From the NCBI GenBank assembly GCA_951406725.2, contig OX597817.1, positions 144,584,001 to 144,648,000 of the forward strand: a stretch of 64,000 nucleotides of DNA, read 5' to 3'. Positions 25,190-37,476 of the stretch are shown in pieces; position 1 is the first letter of the stretch; the number at the start of each line of letters is the position of its first letter. The translations under genes and the position numbers were made by a program. Under the pieces are notes generated by a model. The model made no database searches, was not told where the DNA came from, and saw only the letters and a list, made by a program, of their open reading frames with translations. Origin of the DNA: Octopus vulgaris (Eukaryota).

Positions 25190-25570
25190 TAGTGTTGTCG
25201 ATGTTGCTGTTGAGCGAAGCGGTCTTCGTCCTCTTGGGAGAAGTCCGAAACGTGGTCCTTTGCTATTCGTAAGACCCGCAGAAGAGAAAGCAGGTCAACT
25301 CCCCGACACTGAGAGCATTGGCGGATGGATGAATGTGCATCCAGGCTCAGCAGTTGCATAGGAAGTCAGGTACAAGAAACAGGAAGAAAGAGTGAGAGAA
25401 AGTTGTAGCAAAAGAGTACAACAGGGGTCGGCACCACCCTCTGCCAGAGCCTTGTGGTGCTTTAGGTGTTTTCGCTCAATAAACACACACAACGCCCGGT
25501 CTGGGAATTGAAACTGCGATCCTCCAACCGCGAGTCCGCTGCCCTAACCATTGGGACATTGCACCTCCAC
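25190..25570 (-). mobile_element. SINE family D, tail type 3
   Basis: Same head and body as the 4825 and 20770 copies; different structured tail. Confidence 0.85.
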
Positions 25571-26315
25571 TGATGTTGGTATTGTATGGCAGTGACATTG
25601 TAAGGGCACAGAGCTTTGCCATGTTTGAAAGATAAATCTTGACATACTGATTTAACCGATGTGACTTTACTGTTGACTGCTACAACCAGTGTTGATATAT
25701 GGATGGCTATCACCTATCCATTTGTTTTGTTCAGACCATTTTGGCAGATATCAAGTAAAAGAAGATAAAAAAAAGACAAAAAGAAAATGATGTTGCTACT
25801 ACAAATGATAGAATCACTTGTGATCCATGCCTCAGAAAATTATTTGTTATTATTCCAGTATTCATAACTTCTACAATATATGGAAGAATTTTCACTCTTT
25901 ACAAAAAGCTTGGATGTGTTTTATGAGACTTCATACACATTCTGTTCAGCTTTTGAAAGCTGTTTTACTGATCCATCCCATTCTCTTTGTAGATATCAAC
26001 CAAAGTGTTATAGAATTGATATGAATATTTCTGTGTTTCTGGCACATTCACTAAGATGATCTAGCGCCAGTTAAACATGTACCAACAGGAGTTAGTCATA
26101 AACTGAAGACTTTGTTCTCAAAGATCAGTGTTTCTTTTATGGATTTCTTTTGTATTTAGTGCAAGAAAGAACCTCCGTGGTATAGTGAATAACATATAAT
26201 ATTTAGCAGTGATTTAAGATAGCATTGTGGTGTTAAAATGTAAGGTGGTGTTATTTGATAATGTAATATTTGAATCTTAAGGAGTTGTAAGAAAGTGTTC
26301 GTTTGATATGGTAAA

Positions 26316-26960
26316 TCATCATCATCATCATCGTTTAACATCCGCTTTCCATGCTAGCATGGGTTGGACGATTTTGACTGAGGGCTGGTGAACCAGATGG
26401 CTGCACCAAGCTCCAATCTTGATCTGGCAGAGTTTCTACAGCTGGATGCCCTTCCTGATGCCAACCACTCCGAGAGTGTAGTGGGTGCTTTTTATGTGCC
26501 ACTAGCATGGGGACCAGTCAGGCGGTACTGGCAATGACCTCACTCGAATCTTTTTATACGTGCCACTGGCACAGGTGCCAGTGATGTGACGTTGGTAACG
26601 ATCATGCTTGAATGGTGCCCTTTTACATGCCACAGGTACGGAAGCCAGTTGGCTGCTCTGGCAATGATCATGCTCATGAAATCATCATCATCGTCGTTGT
26701 TTAGCATCCACTTTCCATGCTGGTATGGATTGGATGGTTTGGCTGAGGACTGGCAAGCCAGAAGGCTGCACCAGGTTCCAATCCTATCTGGCAATGTTTC
26801 TACAGCTAGATGCCCTTCCTAATGCCAATCACTCCAAGAGTGTAGTGAGTTCTTTTTATATGCCACTGGTCAGGCAGCACTGGCATCAACCACGCTCAAA
26901 TGGTGCCTTTTATATGCCACCGGTACAGGACCAGTCAGCTGGCACAGGCACAGTACCAAT
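26316..26960 (-). mobile_element. Two SINE family C copies
   Basis: (CAT)n-CGTTTAACATCCGCTTTCCATGC-type tails at ~26316 and ~26682. Confidence 0.85.
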
Positions 26961-27461
26961 CATGTAATTGTGTCTTATGAGGCATTGTTGGTAGTTGTAT
27001 GGTTTGTGAGGAGTAAGGAAGTACTGGTGTGTTGTGAGTTAGTATGTTGAATTGTGGATTTTATTTATTTTTTTATATTTCATCTAGTTTCAGCTCACGA
27101 GCTGTGGCCATGCTGGGGCAGTGTTGGCATGCTGCACAATTGTGTCTGTGTGTTGTATAGTTGTGAGATGATGATGTGGGAATAAAGTTTTATAAAACTG
27201 CCTCCTTGTTTATCTGCTTTTAGAATTATTAGACAGAGTAAAATTAATGAATTGTTCATCTTACCATTTCGTAATTTAATAATTAGCAAGATTCTCAGAT
27301 GATAATGTCCAATGTACTTTACAAATGGGAATTAATTAGAAGAAACCTAATCATTTTTTTCCTTATGTTAATTTTATTTATTTTTTTTTTCATGAACCTG
27401 ATACAAATAACAGGGGATTACAATGAGAAATACAAACCAAAATAACCCATATACATACAAG

Positions 27462-27498
<37 letters not shown>

Positions 27499-28254
27499 GG
27501 TAGAACATTTTATACTATATAGAAAGTACATCTATAGAAATCAAATTAGAGAGTGGGGAGGTTAGCTGAGGTTGTTGGTTATTGATAGATATTGACACTT
27601 TGAGTAGCGTACAGATAGAACCAATTCTGTAAACAACTCAATGAATTGTTGAGATTCTACCATTGTTCTCTTCCACCATCACGAAATATAAAAAAAAATC
27701 AATCTGTTTTTGAAGCCATGATATCATGATGATAAGGTATAAACACACACACGTGCATGTGTGGGTGTATAGATAGAAACGCATAGATGTCAGATTTAAA
27801 TCTGAAGAGAACTTTTCTTTTGCCTGTTCTTTACTCCTGATCAATCCATGGGACTTCAAAATTGATATTTCGTAGTAATTCTTGTTAATCTGCTATTTGT
27901 TATTCCATGCAGGATTTCTTGGACTTTTCGAGAATAATATGAAAATGCTTATTGATTTTCTTCTTGATAAACAGCAATCGCAATAAAGTTTGAAAATCCT
28001 CGGGGAAATGATATTATTAAATTTATCAATGATTTTTAACACTTCACCTTTCATGTTTTGGTTTAATGAAAAGAAATCTCTCAGTGAAGACAGGGATATT
28101 TTATCTTAGCTTGACACTGACAAATTCCTTATAACTTCACGTATTTAAAACTTTAATTTTATTTATCGCTTTACACCAACTGTAATGTTGCTAAAGACTA
28201 GGCCCCTCGAATTGGTTCCTATTTTAAAATATGTTTTACTGTATTTATACCAAT

Positions 28255-29370
28255 GTTGGCATAACCAGCCCATTTAAAAGTACCCTTGAATCAGTGGGCG
28301 ATACACTGTGCTTGAAAGGGACCTATTGAGTCAAATAAAATCAAAATCAAATCAAGATTGAAATCAAAATGGAAATTGCAGTTGTGGCTGATGCCAGTGC
28401 TGCCTGACTGGTGGCACATAATAAGCACCATTCAAGTGTGATTCGATGTCAGTGCCGCCTGACTGGCACCCATGCTGGTAGCATATAATAATCACCATTC
28501 AAGTGTGGGTCGATGCCAGTGCCACCTGACTGGCTCCTGTACCTGTGGCATGTAAAAAACACCATCCGAACTTGGTCGATGCCAGTGCCACCTTACTGGC
28601 TCCTGTGCCGGTGGCATGTAAAAAACACCATCCGAACTTGGTCGATGCCAGTGCCACCTTACTGGCCCCTGTGCCGGTGGCATGTAAAAAACACCATCCG
28701 AACATGGTCGATGCCAGTGCCACCTTACTGGCTCCTGTACCTGTGGCATGTAAAAAACACCATCCGAACTTGGTCGATGCCAGTGCCACCTTACTGGCTC
28801 CTGTGCCGGTGGCATGTAAAAAACACCATCCGAACTTGGTCGATGCCAGTGCCACCTTACTGGCTCCTGTACCTGTGGCATGTAAAAAACACCATCCGAA
28901 CTTGGTCGATGCCAGTGCCACCTTACTGGCTCCTGTACCTGTGGCATGTAAAAAACACCATCCGAACTTGGTCGATGCCAGTGCCACCTTACTGGCCCCT
29001 GTGCCGGTGGCATGTAAAAAGCACCATTCAAGCATGGGTCAATGCCAGTACCACCTGACTGGCTCCTCGTGCTGGTGGCACATAAATAGCACTGTCCAAA
29101 CATGGTCGATGCCAGTACCATTCGAACATGGTTGATGCCAGTACCACCTGACTGGACTTCATGTTGGTGGAACGTAAAAAGCACCCACTACACTCTTGGA
29201 GTGGTTGGCGTTAGGAAGGGCATCCAGCTGTAGAAACTTTGCCATATTGGATTGGAGCCTGGTGCTGCCTTCTGGCTCGCCAGTCCTCAGTCAAACCATC
29301 CAACCCATGCAAGCATGGAAAGCGGACATTAAACAACGATGATGAAGATGATAATGATGAGGATGATGAC
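28255..29370 (+). mobile_element. SINE family C with expanded internal minisatellite
   Basis: 5' part matches ~39005-39200; tail GGCGTTAGGAAGGGCATCCAGC...(GAT)n. Confidence 0.88.
28508..29035. repeat. 66-bp minisatellite, 8 near-identical units
   Basis: GGTCGATGCC recurs at 28508, 28574, 28640, 28706, 28772, 28838, 28904 and 28970. Confidence 0.97.
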
Positions 29371-29439
29371 TATTAGAGAAAATATCGTCCATGTGGCGCT
29401 TCCTGATCATTCACAGCAAATAGCAACAGCAACAATTAT

Positions 29440-29773
29440 TTCTACTCTAGGCACAAAGCCTTGAAAATTTTTTGCGTGGGGCGGGGCTGGCTAGGGGCTA
29501 GACAATTACATCAACTCCAGTGCATAACTGGTACTCATTTCATTCTTTTCAACTCTAGGCACAAGGTTCGAAATTTTGTGGGGATGGGAGCAGTTGATTA
29601 GATCGACCCCAGTAAGCAACCGGTACTTAATTTATTGACTCTGAAAAGATAAAATGCAAAGTCAACCTTGGTGGAATTTGAACTCAGAACGTAGCAGCAG
29701 ACAAAATACCACTAAGCGTTTTATCAGAATCTAATGAATCGGAAGAATTGCAGCGCTAACAATTCTACCAGCT
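29440..29773 (-). mobile_element. SINE family B variant with duplicated tail
   Basis: GGAATTTGAACTCAGAACGTAGC; two ACTCTAGGCACAA tails. Confidence 0.75.
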
Positions 29774-29775
29774 TA

Positions 29776-30014
29776 ATGATTATGATGGTGGTGGTTGTGA
29801 TGATGATGATGATGATGATGGTTGTGATGATGATGATGGTGGTGGTTGTGATGATGATGATGATGGTTGATGGTGATGAAGATGATGGTTGATGGTGATG
29901 ATGATGATGGTTGTGATGATGATGATGATTGATGTGATGATGATGATGGTTGTGATGATAATGGTTGATGGTGATGATGTTTGTTGGTGATAATGGTTGT
30001 GATGATAATGATAA
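29776..30014. repeat. (GAT/GGT)n trinucleotide tract
   Basis: Direct reading. Confidence 0.95.
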
Positions 30015-30385
30015 TGCTCTACTGCTGGTAGTAATAATCATGCATTTAAAAACCCGACATACCAAGTATTAAAAGTCTGTTGCAGGGTTTTTTTTTTTCT
30101 TTTTTGCTTCTTTTGTTGTTTGTTTTGAAGGTATAAGTTTGTTGAGCCGTATATTACACATGTTACATAGCTTCTGCAAACCATTCCTGATGTTTCATAT
30201 CCTGTGTAAATACAGCAATAAACAAACAAACATTTTATATATGAATAAACAAACACCGTTTTCTTAGATTCGTGTTTTTAATGATTTTCTCTCTGGATGT
30301 TGATTGTTGTTGAAGCTGTTGTTGTGGTAGAAATTCTTTTTATCCTGTTTCTTTTAAAGCACTTTTAGGAGATTTATTCTTTCTA

Positions 30386-30387
<2 letters not shown>

Positions 30388-30430
<43 letters not shown>

Positions 30431-30640
30431 CATTGCCTTTGCAAAGCTTCTAATGCTGGAGATGTACTACAGTGTCAGCTATTCACTACCAGTGAATTAA
30501 GGTAACACCTCTTATTTTTTTGAGCACCTTCCGGAGTATATGAGCAGTTCCAAGCAGTGCTGTTTTCTGCAAGTGCTCCACCCTTATTGCAGCCCCTATT
30601 TGTTCCACGTACTTCTCGAGCAATAACTCTGAAACTTGTC
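30388..30640 (-). mobile_element. R4/RLE-type LINE 3' end with (TAA)n tail
   Basis: IGAAIRVEHLQKTALLGTAHILRKVLK; paralog at 31350-31620. Confidence 0.75.
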
Positions 30641-30859
30641 TCTGGATGTTGGCTTTGCTGGGTGGAGGTGCTTGTCTCCCCTGTTTGAAAACTTAAGGAC
30701 ATAGAATGCTTGTGTCATGTAGCCAACTGGAAATGATGTTTCCTGGGGCTAAATAACAGTAACATTCTTCCCTTTCCTGGGACTGCCACATTAAGTTAGC
30801 AACAAACCATCACAATATATACAATGATTATAATAAAAGTTGACAATTTTTTATCTTAT

Positions 30860-30996
30860 ATTTATTTTGTAAACAAATAATACAATATTACATAAGCATT
30901 TTATAATGTTTCTTTCTTATCTGGAAACTTGCCACATACCAGCAGCTGATGGCTCATGGACCGGCACCAGTTCACGACCAGCTCTTTGAGTAGCAC
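30860..30996 (-). mobile_element. hAT-Charlie-like terminal fragment
   Basis: Minus strand GTGCTACTCAAAG...GGTCC resembles Charlie-type MITE ends. Confidence 0.4.
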
Positions 30997-31349
30997 CAAT
31001 CTATAGTACTATAATCCTCTATGTCCACCTTTTATTTTGACACTTCTAGAAAACTCCATCCAGAATTACTTTTTGGTCTGCAATCCTTCAAATATTTCTC
31101 ACAGCTTTTGTAAAATATAGAAAGTTACTGAAAGGAGAATAAAGTGTGACATGTGCATATAGTATGTGTGAATCTCTGTGTTCATGCTGGCCATCCCATA
31201 TCAGCTGTGTGTGATCCATGTTCAATGTTCTAGCCACAACCATCTTGTTTTCTATTATTTCAAATATAGTCTATTTAGGCCTAGAGAGAGATTGACTCAT
31301 GTGTCACCTTGTTATATTTTTAGTACAGCACTGTCAATCATTCGTTTTT

Positions 31350-31620
31350 ATTATTATTGCCTTTGCACAGCTTCTAATGCTGGAGATGTACTACAGTGTC
31401 AGCTATTCACTACCAATGAACTAAGGTAACACCTCTTATTTTTCAAACACCTGCTGGAGTATTCAAGCGGTTCCAAATAGTGCTGTTTTCTGCAAGAGCT
31501 CTACCCTTATTGCAGCCCCTATTTGTTCCATGTACTTCTCGAGATTTTTGTTCTCTGTTCTCAGGGCTCCAACAATTATTGGTACTACTGCTACCTTTTT
31601 CATCGACCACAACTGCTTAA
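31350..31620 (-). mobile_element. R4/RLE-type LINE 3' end
   Basis: KQLWSMKKVAVVPIIVGAL...LQKTALFGTA. Confidence 0.8.
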
Positions 31621-32117
31621 ATTTATTATTATTATTGAGTGAGAGAGCAGCTCATGTCATCAAAGTGACATTGAGGTACAAATATACGAAACCCTATACA
31701 CCCATCATGTCTGCCTGTCTGGTAAGGGTACACCAGGCACATGCATCACAACCACATGTGCGTAGCATGGTGATCTTAAATCGAGAGAAACAGTGCATGA
31801 CCTTGCAGATAGGGCCCAATTGAAATTTTCTGCTGGTCAAGTAGACCATTCCATTCAAAGGGTACCTGAATAAGGTTTAAGGGTAATGAATGAAACACCC
31901 ATGTTTCCAGAGGTGAATTATCCAAACCCCAAAGAATTCCTCTCAACACATGGCTATGATGCTCCGCAACTACTTCTGCTCGTGATCAGAGATGCACATA
32001 TTGTCAGTCACCAAGGAACATGCTCAACTGGTTAAGATCAAACAACTGACAAGCAAATCTGTGGTATTGAGCAGAATATTTGTGGTAGCTCATCTTTTAT
32101 TAATGTTGTTATTATTA

Positions 32118-32530
32118 GGTGCAGGAGTGGCTGTGTGGTAAGTAGCTATAGGCTCAGGAGTGGCTGTGTAGTAAGTAGCTTGCTTACCAACCACATGGTT
32201 ATAGGTTCAGTCCCACTGCATGGCACCTTGGGCAAATGTCTTTTACTATAGTCTGGGCTGACCAAAGCCTTGTGAGGGGATTTGGTAGATGGAAACTGAA
32301 AGAAGTCTGTCATATATATGTATGTATGTGTGTATATATGTTTGTGTGTGTATTTGTTCCCCCAACATCGCTTGACAACCAATGCTGGTGTATTTACGTC
32401 CCTGTAACTTAGCGGTTCAGCAAAAGAGACCCGATAGAATAATAAGTCCTGGGATCGATTTGCTTGACTGAAGGTGCTGCTCCAGCATGGCCACAGTCAA
32501 ATGCCTGAAACAAGTAAAAGAATAAAAGAA
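32118..32530 (+). mobile_element. SINE family A with duplicated 5' end
   Basis: CAGGAGTGGCTGTGT occurs twice at the 5' end. Confidence 0.88.
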
Positions 32531-32807
32531 AGTTGTTCTTAGCTTCAAGCAATTTCTGCAAGTATTCTGTTTTTCACACTTATGCTAATACAAATAAAAG
32601 TTTGAAAATGCACATGGCCAAATCAATAATCGGTCCAATAAAATTAGTGGAAGAGCCTGTGGTTTGTATCTCATTGTCATTACTGTATTGTATCTAGATT
32701 GAAGTTGCTATCTATAGAGCAGTCAAAATTATTATCTGTTTAGGAAGTATTTGAAATTGGTTCTGTGTTCAAAGTCTGGATTTACAGACAGGTTCATAAC
32801 GTAACAT

Positions 32808-33080
32808 GGGCATATGGCGTAGTGTTTAAGAGCGTGAGTTATTAATTCCAAGATTCCGATTTCAATTCCAGGCAGTGACCTGAATAATAAAAATAATAAT
32901 AATAATAACATCGAAAAATACCTTAGGAATGAGAACCCAGTTTCAAAATTTCCCCAAGACACCTGATGAAGGCTTGAGGGTATATCAGCTGAAACAGTGT
33001 GTTAACAACAAACAAGATGACAAATATCCATCAAATGTAAATAATGTACATAATTCCTCATCTCTTACATATAGAACTGT
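32808..33080 (+). mobile_element. tRNA-head plus hammerhead-tail retroelement (most complete copy)
   Basis: A/B boxes within 32815-32869, (AAT)n linker, gacac-CTGATGA-a-ggctt..cagct-GAAAC-agt-gtgtt at 32958-33003. Confidence 0.8.
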
Positions 33081-33094
33081 ATTATCAATTTTTT

Positions 33095-33560
33095 TATTCT
33101 TTATTCTTTTACTTGTTGACTGTGACCATGCTGGAGCACCGCCTTTAGTTGAACAAATCGACCCCAGGACTTATTCTTTGTAAGCCTAGTACTTATTCTA
33201 TCGGTTTTTTTTTACTGAACTGCTAAGTGATGGGGACATAAACATACCAGCATCAGTTGTCATTTGGTGGTGGGGGGACAGACATAAAGTCACAGACACA
33301 CACAATACACACACATATTGGAGTTTGGCCAGTTCCATGTCAAACTGTCCAACCCATGCCAGCATGGAAAACAGACATGAAAGGATGATGATGATACATG
33401 GCGGGTTTCTTTCAGTTTCCGTCTACCAAATCCACTCATGAGGCTTTAGTTGACACAAGGTTGTAGTGGAAGACATTTTCCCAAGGTGCCATGCAGTGGG
33501 ACTGAACCTGGAACCATGTGGACGGGAAGCAAACTCTTTGCCATACTGCCATACCTGCCC
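33095..33560 (-). mobile_element. SINE family A interrupted by a family C tail fragment
   Basis: Match to the family; insert at ~33318-33396. Confidence 0.8.
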
Positions 33561-34064
33561 CTGTGAGCATGCGTGCGTGGTGTGTGTGTGTGTGGATATA
33601 TGTGTATGTGTGTATGGATATTTGTGTGCATGTGTGTGGGGTATAATCATTTGTGGTATGGGTATGTGTGTGCATGTGTATGGGTATAAATGTATGTGAA
33701 TGTGTGTGTGTTGGGGAGAGGTTGTTAGGGTTAGGTGGTATATATCTTTGTGCGTGTGATATGCGTACATGTGTATGCTATTACCTTTCAGAAAGAAACA
33801 CAGCTGAGTATTTCTAGTAATTCCAAACTTCCTGTTCCCAAAATAAGTTGTTTTCTTGTAAGCATTACCTGACAAGCTCTTGACAAGAACCAAAATGAAG
33901 AAATGGAGATGAAGAAGGCATGTGGTTAAATATAGACAAGCACTGTTAAAAATAAAACTGCTCTGTACGAGCTAAACGTTTTGCTGGTGGTGTTTAGCAC
34001 CAGGTCATCCTTGATCCAGTAGACCTGTGATCAAAAATATTCTTTCTTCTTTGATCGTGCTATC

Positions 34065-34420
34065 ATGAGGTGGACTGATGACTTGAAGGGGATGCTGGGT
34101 TTGGAGGAATTGGTGGAATGGTTGGCAAGAGCGAATGGAGTGTGGCGGTATGGTCATGTGTTAAGGAGGGATGAGGAACATGTTTTGAAGTTGGTGCTTG
34201 AGTTTGGGGTAAATGGACCGTGAAAGCAAGGTAGACTGAGGAAAATGTGGAGGGGGGAGATTGGGAGGGTCGGCTTGAGAATGGAGGACACCCAAAACTG
34301 AGCAAGAAGGTGAGGTGATGTGAGGGTGGTTGCAGTGGCACTGAGGTAGGTCTGGCCACCCCCGTTAACGGAGACAAAACTCAGATTTAAAACACTGGGT
34401 GGTGATGATGATGATGATTT
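34065..34420 (+). mobile_element. RTE LINE 3' fragment
   Basis: GVWRYGHVLRRDEEHVLK...GRLRKMW; (GAT)n tail; same tail at ~48660-48740 (-). Confidence 0.85.
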
Positions 34421-34685
34421 GATCATCTTGCCTTTTAGTCTAAGACTACACTATGTATTTAGGACTAATGTCCCCCCCCCCCGCCACCTCGTTTTTTGTT
34501 ACATGTTTAATTTACTATTTCTAAATTGTTGAGAAACCATGTAGATATATGTATGTATTTATAGATGTACGTGCATGTATGCACACACACACACACACAC
34601 AAGCACACAAATGTACTTTTTGTATTTGTGATGTCAAGGTGTTGGATAATTGACTTCAAGGTTATTTCAAAACTTCCAAAAGCTG

Positions 34686-34746
34686 TTGTGTGTGTGTGTA
34701 TATGTGTATATATACACACACATTATATATATATTTATACAGACAT

Positions 34747-34782
<36 letters not shown>

Positions 34783-34825
34783 TACATACATACATACACA
34801 TTATGTATATATATACACACACACA

Positions 34826-34900
<75 letters not shown>

Positions 34901-34950
34901 TATATATATAGCAAGATGTTGTGCACATGTGTGTGTGTGTGAGAGAGAGA
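34686..34950. repeat. Compound (TA)n/(CA)n microsatellite
   Basis: Direct reading. Confidence 0.95.
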
Positions 34951-35887
34951 GTTAATATGTGAGTTTGCTGAAAAAGAATTTCTCCAGAACAAGCTGGTTT
35001 GAAAAAGAAACAACAACAATATTTCATGCTTTTTTAGTTTATCATTGTCTACCATTTAGCTTTCATTTATGATGTGTGTCGACTTTGTTTTTCATTATTT
35101 CAAAGGATCAATAAAGTAGTACTTGGTAACATTGGTTGCTTAGAACTCTTTGCTTGAGATGATGTTTATAAAGTCCTCTTCAGAGTATACCATTCCATAT
35201 AATTATATAACGACCCCTGTTCCTCAGAGCTGCCTGATCATGTACCTCTTCCAAAGCTATTCCTTTTTCTTCCTGTCATCACCCTTACTGGTCCTGTTCA
35301 TCTGTCTTGAAATATTTGCCCTCTGGTACCTTCTCCCTTCTCATATCTTTCTCACATGTGTTGACTTGCAAAAACTGAAATGGAACTTTAATGGCATCAA
35401 TTTCGACGATCTCACAAGACCCCACAAAATCCATAACACTACCTCACCTCAACCCACCTCACGTAAATAGCTTTTTCAATTGTAAAATATTTTCACCTTT
35501 GCATTGTTGATGTTTATCCCTACACATTCCCACTTCGTTCTTCAACCACCAGAGTAACATGGAATTTCTGAAAAGAAAGCCTTATATTTCTCAGAACGTA
35601 TAAAACAAAGACCAAAAGCAAACATGGACGTTTGGAACAAACTTCAGAAAATTCTTTGAACAGGCAAAGGATTTAGTCATACCTTTATGTTGATAATCTT
35701 CTTCAGAATATCTTTTATATTGTTACAATATAAATATAATTTTCCATGGTTTCTAGAATGGTTGACCCAATCACAGAGAAAAGAGAAGTTCCAAAATCTC
35801 ATTGTTTAGTATTCCTTGTTTATTATTATTATTATTATTATTATAATTATTATTAATATTATTATTAATATTCCTTGTTTATTATTA

Positions 35888-35927
<40 letters not shown>

Positions 35928-36353
35928 CAGGTACTGAACCAGTTAACATTTATGTTATATTTTATCAGTGTTTGATTTCTTTTGTTGTAAAACCTTACTT
36001 TTAGAAGGAAATGAGCTGATAACCTTTAAAACCTTTCTATAAACCCTGTTATCTTTCTTCAAGAATGAATTATGTTTCTGCGTGAAGTTGTAAAGTTTCT
36101 TTTACAGGTACCTTGTGGTGATGATATATTGCCAGATAAATACAATCTCAGTTTCTCAATACAATTAACCCAACTCCTTTGATCACTCACTCATCACCAC
36201 AAATTATCATCTTGTATAATTATTTGTACTTTTAGGTTATCAATTACCCTTGATTGCTTAATTGTACAATTTTAAAACCAAAAATTTAATTTGATTGTGT
36301 CTCATAGGGCCTGTGAAAGCTATGGTAATGAATGTGTGATATTGACTTTAATA

Positions 36354-36590
36354 GGTGGCGAGCTAGCAGAATCGTTAGCACACCGGGCGAAATGCCTAGC
36401 AGTATTTCATCTGCTGCTACATTCTGAGTTCAAATTCCGCCGAGGTTGACTTTGCCTTTCATCCTTTCGGGGTTGATTAAATAAGTACCAGTTACGCACT
36501 GGGGGTCGATGTAATAGACTTAATCCGTGTGTCTGTCCTTGTTTGTCCCCTCTGTGTTTAGCCCCTTGTGGGTAATAAAGAAATAGGTAT
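36354..36590 (+). mobile_element. SINE family B flanked by TATTGACTTT direct repeats
   Basis: Match to the family; flanking direct repeat. Confidence 0.88.
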
Positions 36591-36691
36591 TGACTTTGTT
36601 TTGTTTTGTTTTTTTTCCCTATGTTATCAATATAATTTGAAGTATTGAACATGTTCCTTACTCATTCTCATATGTAACCACTGTGTTTTAG

Positions 36692-36790
36692 GACACCAGC
36701 CACCAACCGACTGCTATTTAAGCATAATAAGATCTTGTGGAATCGGTTACTGGAGACAATCTTGTTTAGGCAATGCATCTAATTGGCCGG
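36692..36790 (+). CDS. Candidate 99-nt symmetric (phase 1-1) exon
   Basis: tgtgttttAG acceptor, GG|GTGAGT donor, open frame HQPPTDCYLSIIRSCGIGYWRQSCLGNASNWP. Confidence 0.35.
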
Positions 36791-37441
36791 GTGAGTGTCA
36801 GTTGCACCTGAAATTACAGCAACAATTCTTAGCATGATTTTGTTTGCAAAATCTGACCCTGGCAATTGTTTTGTGTTCGAAAAATCTCTCTGCTACGTTG
36901 TTTTGGCAGCCACTTTTTGATGTATGACTTACCGGCAGAGTTTGAAGCTTCATGGTAGATTACTTGCCTACTAAAATTACCAGTTTTATGTCAGATACAA
37001 ATTAACCTAACCTACATCACATTATATACACACACATATATATATATATGTACACACACACACATATATATACACACACACATATATATAGATATATATA
37101 TATATCTATATATCTATATATATATACATATATATACACACACACACACGTATATCTTTGTGTCAGATATAGAATATCATCAGTCAAGATCTCTATTTCT
37201 CTCTCTCTCTCTCTCTCTGTAGGATTTTCCTTTCTGGCTGTGAGAAATTTTTTTGTGAAGAATTCATAGGTATTAGAGTGAACAATAAATATAACATGTC
37301 AAGGAGATTTCTAGTAAAATAACTAGATACACACAGACACACACACAAACACAAAACTCTGTATTTTCCTCTCCCCCCCCCTGCCCTTCTCTTTCAAGTG
37401 TACATTTATTATATTGCTTCCATTTATTACAATGTTTTCAG

Positions 37442-37476
37442 AATTAAGTACTCACACGGCATCAGACTCTTCTTGA
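37442..37476 (+). CDS. Candidate terminal exon in phase with 36692-36790
   Basis: tgttttcAG acceptor; ELSTHTASDSS*; AATAAA at 37476. Confidence 0.25.

Noticed and set aside
25147-25260. CTGGATGAGGAC...GTCCGAAACGTGGTC as a hammerhead
   Set aside because: Core has an insertion, stem I does not pair, and the halves span a junction between elements
28492-29184. CRISPR-like array or repeat-protein gene
   Set aside because: Contiguous 66-bp units with no unique spacers, no cas genes, and embedded in a SINE; the ORFs arise because the unit length is a multiple of 3
29724-30065. His-rich ORF
   Set aside because: Translation of the (GAT/GGT)n microsatellite
35150-35470. 106-aa hydrophobic ORF
   Set aside because: Pyrimidine-rich composition explains it; no domain recognised
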